Assembly (NCBI GenBank): GCA_035712145.1 | Contig: DASTBI010000158.1 | Location: 74,945 to 138,944 of the forward strand | Source: Candidatus Eiseniibacteriota bacterium | Lineage (GTDB): Bacteria; Eisenbacteria; RBG-16-71-46 | DNA length: 64,000 bases | Reading direction: 5' to 3' | Shown: in pieces, positions 58,324 through 64,000 of the stretch | How the letters are laid out: the number at the start of each line of letters is the position of its first letter | Numbering within the stretch: the stretch's first letter is position 1 | Notes under the pieces: model-generated | The model's input: only the letters and a program-made list of their open reading frames with translations | Database searches by the model: none | What the model was told of the DNA's origin: nothing | Position numbers and translations under genes: made by a program

Positions 58324-59778
58324 ATGACCCTACGAACGTTGCTTCTTCTTGCTCAGGGAGTCCTGCTGGTCGTGGGCGCGGCGTCCGCGGCGGGGCGAGT
58401 CGACGACATGATGGCCCGCGCCAGCACCCCCGCCGAGCTGCGCGCCACGCTGCTCGATTTCGCCCGCACGGCCCCCGACTCCGCGAAGGAGGACAAGGGC
58501 CAGGCACTCCTGCAGGCCGGCTGGAGCTACCATGAGGCCGGCCGCGCGGACAGCGCCCTGATCTGCTTCGACCGCGCCGTCGCCATCCGCGGGAGCCACG
58601 CGGACCGCGACGCCTTCGTGGATGCGCTCTTTGACCGCTCGAACACGGGCGACGCCGCCCGCGCGCTCGAAGTGCTCGGGCCTCGGCTCGTGATGGCCAA
58701 GAAGACCTCGGAGCGCGACATCGCGCAAACTCGCGGCCGCCAGGGCTGGGCTCACTACCTGATGAGCCGCGGCGATTCCGCGCTGAGAATCCTGCGAACG
58801 CACCAGCGACTGCTGCTCGATCCAGCCACGCCGCGCCATCGCGACTGGCGCTATCGCCTCGGATTGGTCGAGCTGGAGCACGGAGACGCGGCCAAGAGCA
58901 TCGAGGCGATCTATCCGCTCTCGATCGAGTCGCGTTTCACGGATCGCGACGTGATGAGCATCCTGCGCGATGCCAGCCGCAAGATCCCGCAGTCCGACGG
59001 ATTCGCCGACCGGCTGAAGCAGGAGCTCAACCGGAACGACGAACTGGACCGGAAGGCCATCGAAGAATTCCGCGGCAAGCGGATCACCTTCACGGCGGCC
59101 GACGGCGTCACCATCGGCGCCATCGTCGTGCCCTCGATGCGCCGCCCGGCGCGCGCGGCGGTCGTGCTGATGGACCCGGACGAGCTGCCCGAAGCCTACG
59201 ACAGTCTCGCCACGGGCATGTCCGCCGCGGGTTACTCGATCATCCTGGTGGAGCCGCGCGGCTCCGGCTGGTCGGTGTCTCCCGAATGCCCGCTGCCGAG
59301 TCTCTGGCGCGGCCGGGAGGACGAGATGCGGAGCAAGCTGGCGAGAGATGCGCTCCCCGCACTGCGCGCACTCTCGGCCAAGGCTCCCGCCGATACGTCG
59401 GCCTACGTCGTCATCGGAGCGATGGGCTCGTCCAGCGCCGCGGCCGACGCGGCCAGCCGGGAGCGCCGGGTGCGGGGGCTGGTCCTCTTGTCCCCGACCC
59501 CGTCGCCGGTGGAAGTGGGACCGATGCGCGCCAGGCTCGCCCAGTCGGCCGTTCCCGTGTTCTTCGAGGTGCCGGTGATGGATCACGCCACCGGCCCCAC
59601 GGCCCAGACCCTCTACGAGGGTCTCGATCCACGCACATCACGCATCGCCGAGTCCGAGATCGTCGGCTCGTCGGCCAAGATCTTCCGTTACGACCGCACC
59701 GCGCTGCCGCGCCTCTTGACGTGGCTCAACGACAGATGGAAGCGTCCCGCGCCGCCTTCCTCCAAGCGCAAGAGCTGA
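58324..59778 (+). CDS. Secreted protein with TPR-like helical N-terminal region and alpha/beta-hydrolase-like C-terminal domain
   Basis: Signal peptide LLLLAQGVLLVVGAASAAG. C-terminal IGAMGSSSAA resembles a GxSxG nucleophile elbow. Starts 2 nt after the ABC ATPase stop. Confidence 0.55.
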   Translation: MTLRTLLLLAQGVLLVVGAASAAGRVDDMMARASTPAELRATLLDFARTAPDSAKEDKGQALLQAGWSYHEAGRADSALICFDRAVAIRGSHADRDAFVDALFDRSNTGDAARALEVLGPRLVMAKKTSERDIAQTRGRQGWAHYLMSRGDSALRILRTHQRLLLDPATPRHRDWRYRLGLVELEHGDAAKSIEAIYPLSIESRFTDRDVMSILRDASRKIPQSDGFADRLKQELNRNDELDRKAIEEFRGKRITFTAADGVTIGAIVVPSMRRPARAAVVLMDPDELPEAYDSLATGMSAAGYSIILVEPRGSGWSVSPECPLPSLWRGREDEMRSKLARDALPALRALSAKAPADTSAYVVIGAMGSSSAAADAASRERRVRGLVLLSPTPSPVEVGPMRARLAQSAVPVFFEVPVMDHATGPTAQTLYEGLDPRTSRIAESEIVGSSAKIFRYDRTALPRLLTWLNDRWKRPAPPSSKRKS

Positions 59779-59803
59779 AGTCGCGCGCCGACGCGGCGCT
59801 CGA

Positions 59804-60496
59804 TCATGCGGAACCGCGACGGCGGGCCGCCGGCTTCTGCGCGAGCGCGAACGACAGACTTTCGAGCTCCACCGTCATGTCGACGTTGCGGAGCGCGACA
59901 TGGGAGGGCACGAACAGCTTGCGCGGCGCGAAGTTCAGGATGCCTCTCACACCGACCGCGACCAGCTGATCGGCAACCTCCTGCGCCGCACGGACAGGCG
60001 TGGCGATCACGCCCATGTCCACGCGTTGCTCGGACGCCACCGTCGCGATGTCGTTCGTGTCGCGGATGACCAGATCGCCGATCCGCTGGCCCACGCGCTG
60101 GGGGTCGCGGTCGAAGACCGCGACCACGTCGAATCCCTGCTTCGCGAAGCCTCGATACGCGAGCAGCGCCGTGCCGACGTTGCCGGCGCCCACGATCGCC
60201 ACGCGCCAGCGGCGATCGAGGCCGAGGATGCCGCGGATTTCCTCGCGCAGATGGGCGACGTTGTAGCCCAGACCGCGTCGGCCGAACGAGCCGAAGCACG
60301 AGAGGTCCTTGCGCACCTGGGCGGAGGTGATTCCTTCGCGCTCGGCCAGGCGATGCGACGAGATCAGGCGCTTGCCTTCCGCTTCGACCTCTTCGAGCAC
60401 TCGGTAGTAATGCGAGAGGCGGCGCACCGTGGATTGGGAGATGCGAGCCAGCCGCGCTCGCGGGGTCCCCTCTCCTCGGCGTGTGAACCTTTTCAC
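59804..60496 (-). CDS. rex: Redox-sensing transcriptional repressor Rex (start uncertain; GTG at 60496 preferred)
   Basis: N-terminal winged helix TVRRLSHYYRVLEE. Rossmann NADH site VAIVGAGNVGTAL. The longer ORF to 60604 would overlap gyrA. Confidence 0.75.
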   Translation of the reverse strand: MKRFTRRGEGTPRARLARISQSTVRRLSHYYRVLEEVEAEGKRLISSHRLAEREGITSAQVRKDLSCFGSFGRRGLGYNVAHLREEIRGILGLDRRWRVAIVGAGNVGTALLAYRGFAKQGFDVVAVFDRDPQRVGQRIGDLVIRDTNDIATVASEQRVDMGVIATPVRAAQEVADQLVAVGVRGILNFAPRKLFVPSHVALRNVDMTVELESLSFALAQKPAARRRGSA

Positions 60497-60536
60497 AAAG
60501 TGGCTCGGTTCTGGATCGCGAAGGCGACCGGATCGG

Positions 60537-63083
60537 TCAGGACTCGGCGTCGTCCGCTTCCGCAGGCTCGGCGCCGTTGGTGGTCGCGCCGTCCGCCGGG
60601 GCATCGGCGCTTCCGCCCACGGCGACCGCCTCCTCGCTGACCACGCGGGTCACGCCGGCCACGGCGTCGGGCAGCAGCTCGCCCTCGCCCGCCGGCGCCA
60701 GATTGACGAGCCGCACGCCCTGGGTGTTGCGGCCCATGACCGAGATGCCTTGCACCGGCATGCGAATGAGCTGGCCCTGCCGGGTGATGATCATGAGCTC
60801 GTCACCGTCGACCACTTCCTTCACGGCGACGACGTGGCCGTTCCGATCCGTGGTCTTGATGGTGATGATGCCCTTCCCGCCGCGGTGCGACACCCGGTAC
60901 TCGGAGATCTCGCTGCGCTTGCCGTAGCCGTTCTCGGTCACGGTCAGCAGCGTCGCCTGCCGCTTGACGCCGACCATGCCGACGACTTCGTCCTCGGCGT
61001 CGTCGAGCGTCACCGCTTTGACGCCATAGGCAGTCCGTCCCATGGCTCGCACTTCCTTCTCGTGGAAGCGTATGGCGAGGCCTTTCCTCTTCGCCAGGAT
61101 GATGTCCTGGCTGCCGTCGGTGATCATCGCCTCGAAGAGGGCGTCGCCCTCCTCCAGCAGCACCGCGTTGATGCCTCCACGGCGCGGATTGCCATAGGCC
61201 GACAGCACCGTCTTCTTGATCAGCCCCTTGCGGGTCGCGCACACCAGGAAGTGCTGGTCGTCGAACTCCTTGACCGCGACCACGGCCTGCACGCGCTCCT
61301 CGCGCGACAGGCCTTCCAGATGGTTGACCAGCGGGCGCCCACGCGCCATCCGGCCCGCCTGCTCGATCTCGTGGACCTTGAGCCAGTAGCAGCGTCCTCG
61401 ATCGGTGAGGAACAGCAGGTAGCTGTGGGTGCCGGCGACGAACAGATGCTCGATGTAATCCTCTTCCTTCGTGCGCGCGCCGATGACGCCCTTGCCGCCG
61501 CGGCGCTGCGAGCGATAGGAGGAGATCTCCTGACGCTTGACGTATCCGGCGTGGGAGATCGTGATGACCATGTCCTTCCGCTCGATCGTGTCTTCGTACT
61601 GGATATCGCCGACCTCGGCGACGACTTCCGTCCGCCGGTCGTCGCCGTACTTCTCCCGCAGGCGCGCGACCTCGTCCTTGATGATGGCGAGGATCTTCTT
61701 GGGATTGGCCAGGATGCTGCGCAGCGTCTCGATGAGCTGGATGACCTCGAGGTACTCCTGCTCGACCTTGCTCCGCTCGAGCGCCGTGAGACGCGAGAGC
61801 CGCATCTCGAGAATCGCGTTGGCCTGGATCTCCGAGAGCTTGAACGTGCTCATGAGACCGGTGCGCGCGGTCTCCACGTCCTTGGATTTGCGGATCAGAG
61901 CGATCACCTCATCGAGGTGATCGAGCGCGATCTTGAGTCCTTCGAGGATGTGGGCGCGCCGCTCGGCTTCGGCGAGATCGAACTCGGTGCGCCGCCGAAC
62001 CACTTCCTGGCGGTGGCGGATGTACTGTTCGACGAGCTGCTTGAGATTCAGGATCTGAGGCCGGTTGTCGACCAGCGCCAGCATGATGGCGCCGAAGGTG
62101 CTCTGCAGCGGGGAGTGGACGAAGAGCTGATTGAGGACGACCTTGGGATTGGCGTCCTTCTTGAGCTCGATCACGATGCGCATGCCGTCGCGGTCGGATT
62201 CGTCGCGCAGGTCGCTGATGCCGGAGACGCGGCCGTCCTTCACCAGATCGGCAATCTTCTCGAGCAGCGAGGATTTGTTGACCTGGAACGGGATCTCGGT
62301 GGCGACCAGACTCATTCGCCCGGCCTTGCCCTCCTCCACCTGGACCTTTGCCCGCATCTTGATCAGCCCGCGCCCGTTCAGGTAGCAGTCGCGGATGCCC
62401 TGCGTGCCGTTGATGATGCCGCCGGTCGGAAAGTCCGGGCCGCGGACGATCTTGAGGAGATCGGCGATCTCGCACTCCGGCTGGTCGATGACGTGGACGA
62501 TCGCGTCGCAGATCTCACGCAGATTGTGCGGCGGCACTTCCGTGGCCATTCCGACGGCGATTCCCGAGCAGCCGTTCACCAGCAGGTTCGGGAGCACGCT
62601 CGGCAGCACCACCGGCTCTTCGCGCGTCTCGTCGTAGTTGGGACGGAAGTCGACGGTGTTCTTCTCGAGATCCGCCAGCATCTCCGCCGCCAGCGGGGTG
62701 AGCCGCGCTTCCGTGTATCGCATCGCGGCGGGCGCGTCTCCGTCGATCGAGCCGAAGTTCCCCTGGCCGTCCACCAGCGGATAGCGCATGACCCACTCCT
62801 GGGCCAGACGCACCAGGGTGGGATAGACGACCTGCTCGCCGTGCGGATGGTAATTGCCCGAGGTGTCACCCGCGATCTTCGCGCACTTTCGGAAGCCACG
62901 ACCGGGCTGCAGATTCAGGTCGTTCATGGCCACCAGGATGCGGCGCTGAGACGGCTTGAGGCCGTCACGGACGTCCGGGAGCGCGCGCGAGACGATCACC
63001 GACATCGAGTAATCGATGTAGCTGGTCTTCATCTCGGATTCGATCGTGACGTTCACGACCCTGCTGCGATCGTTGAGCGGCAT
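60537..63083 (-). CDS. gyrA: DNA gyrase subunit A
   Basis: Active-site region AMRYTEARL. QRDR-like segment. C-terminal beta-pinwheel repeats and acidic tail. Confidence 0.95.
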   Translation of the reverse strand: MPLNDRSRVVNVTIESEMKTSYIDYSMSVIVSRALPDVRDGLKPSQRRILVAMNDLNLQPGRGFRKCAKIAGDTSGNYHPHGEQVVYPTLVRLAQEWVMRYPLVDGQGNFGSIDGDAPAAMRYTEARLTPLAAEMLADLEKNTVDFRPNYDETREEPVVLPSVLPNLLVNGCSGIAVGMATEVPPHNLREICDAIVHVIDQPECEIADLLKIVRGPDFPTGGIINGTQGIRDCYLNGRGLIKMRAKVQVEEGKAGRMSLVATEIPFQVNKSSLLEKIADLVKDGRVSGISDLRDESDRDGMRIVIELKKDANPKVVLNQLFVHSPLQSTFGAIMLALVDNRPQILNLKQLVEQYIRHRQEVVRRRTEFDLAEAERRAHILEGLKIALDHLDEVIALIRKSKDVETARTGLMSTFKLSEIQANAILEMRLSRLTALERSKVEQEYLEVIQLIETLRSILANPKKILAIIKDEVARLREKYGDDRRTEVVAEVGDIQYEDTIERKDMVITISHAGYVKRQEISSYRSQRRGGKGVIGARTKEEDYIEHLFVAGTHSYLLFLTDRGRCYWLKVHEIEQAGRMARGRPLVNHLEGLSREERVQAVVAVKEFDDQHFLVCATRKGLIKKTVLSAYGNPRRGGINAVLLEEGDALFEAMITDGSQDIILAKRKGLAIRFHEKEVRAMGRTAYGVKAVTLDDAEDEVVGMVGVKRQATLLTVTENGYGKRSEISEYRVSHRGGKGIITIKTTDRNGHVVAVKEVVDGDELMIITRQGQLIRMPVQGISVMGRNTQGVRLVNLAPAGEGELLPDAVAGVTRVVSEEAVAVGGSADAPADGATTNGAEPAEADDAES

Positions 63084-63169
63084 GCGTACGTCCTATGCGG
63101 GTCCGGTGGTCTCGAGGCGCCTCGGGGAGGCGCCTGCTTCCGTCGTCGGCGGTCCCTGTCCGACGGCGG

Positions 63170-64000
<831 letters not shown>

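Overview
High-GC (roughly two-thirds G+C by eye) bacterial chromosomal segment with about 58 protein-coding genes on both strands, read by eye together with the supplied ORF track. Most are housekeeping. pabB (5' partial) and pabC open the window; gyrA and gyrB (5' partial) close it on the minus strand. Between them lie nadE, pepA, groES-groEL, efp, rho, rex, lon, rlmD, a short-type alpha-glucan phosphorylase, corA, ABC transporters and many exported lipoproteins or secreted proteins. The T9SS-type C-terminal sorting domain and the DUF5117/DUF4953-like metalloprotease point to an FCB-group, Gemmatimonadetes-like or candidate-phylum organism; that placement is inference. I found no rRNA, tRNA, CRISPR array, transposase or integrase. 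Many long ORFs antisense to real genes are GC-driven artefacts. The most unusual items are: a 902-aa protein whose last ~160 aa are a complete GreA-like transcript-cleavage factor fused to a ~740-aa helical N-terminal extension; a Rho ATPase that appears to lack the cold-shock primary RNA-binding domain and instead carries an Arg/Asn-rich low-complexity N-terminus; a 1509-aa secreted protein with a T9SS-like C-terminal domain and no recognisable catalytic domain; a LonA protease missing its N-terminal substrate domain; an enhancer-binding-protein-like AAA+ regulator with a degenerate GAFTGA motif in a peroxiredoxin/thioredoxin operon; and an orphan intrinsic terminator with an AT-rich island suggesting a small RNA. 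All coordinates and motifs were read directly from the sequence; family assignments rest on recognised motifs and could not be confirmed by database search.
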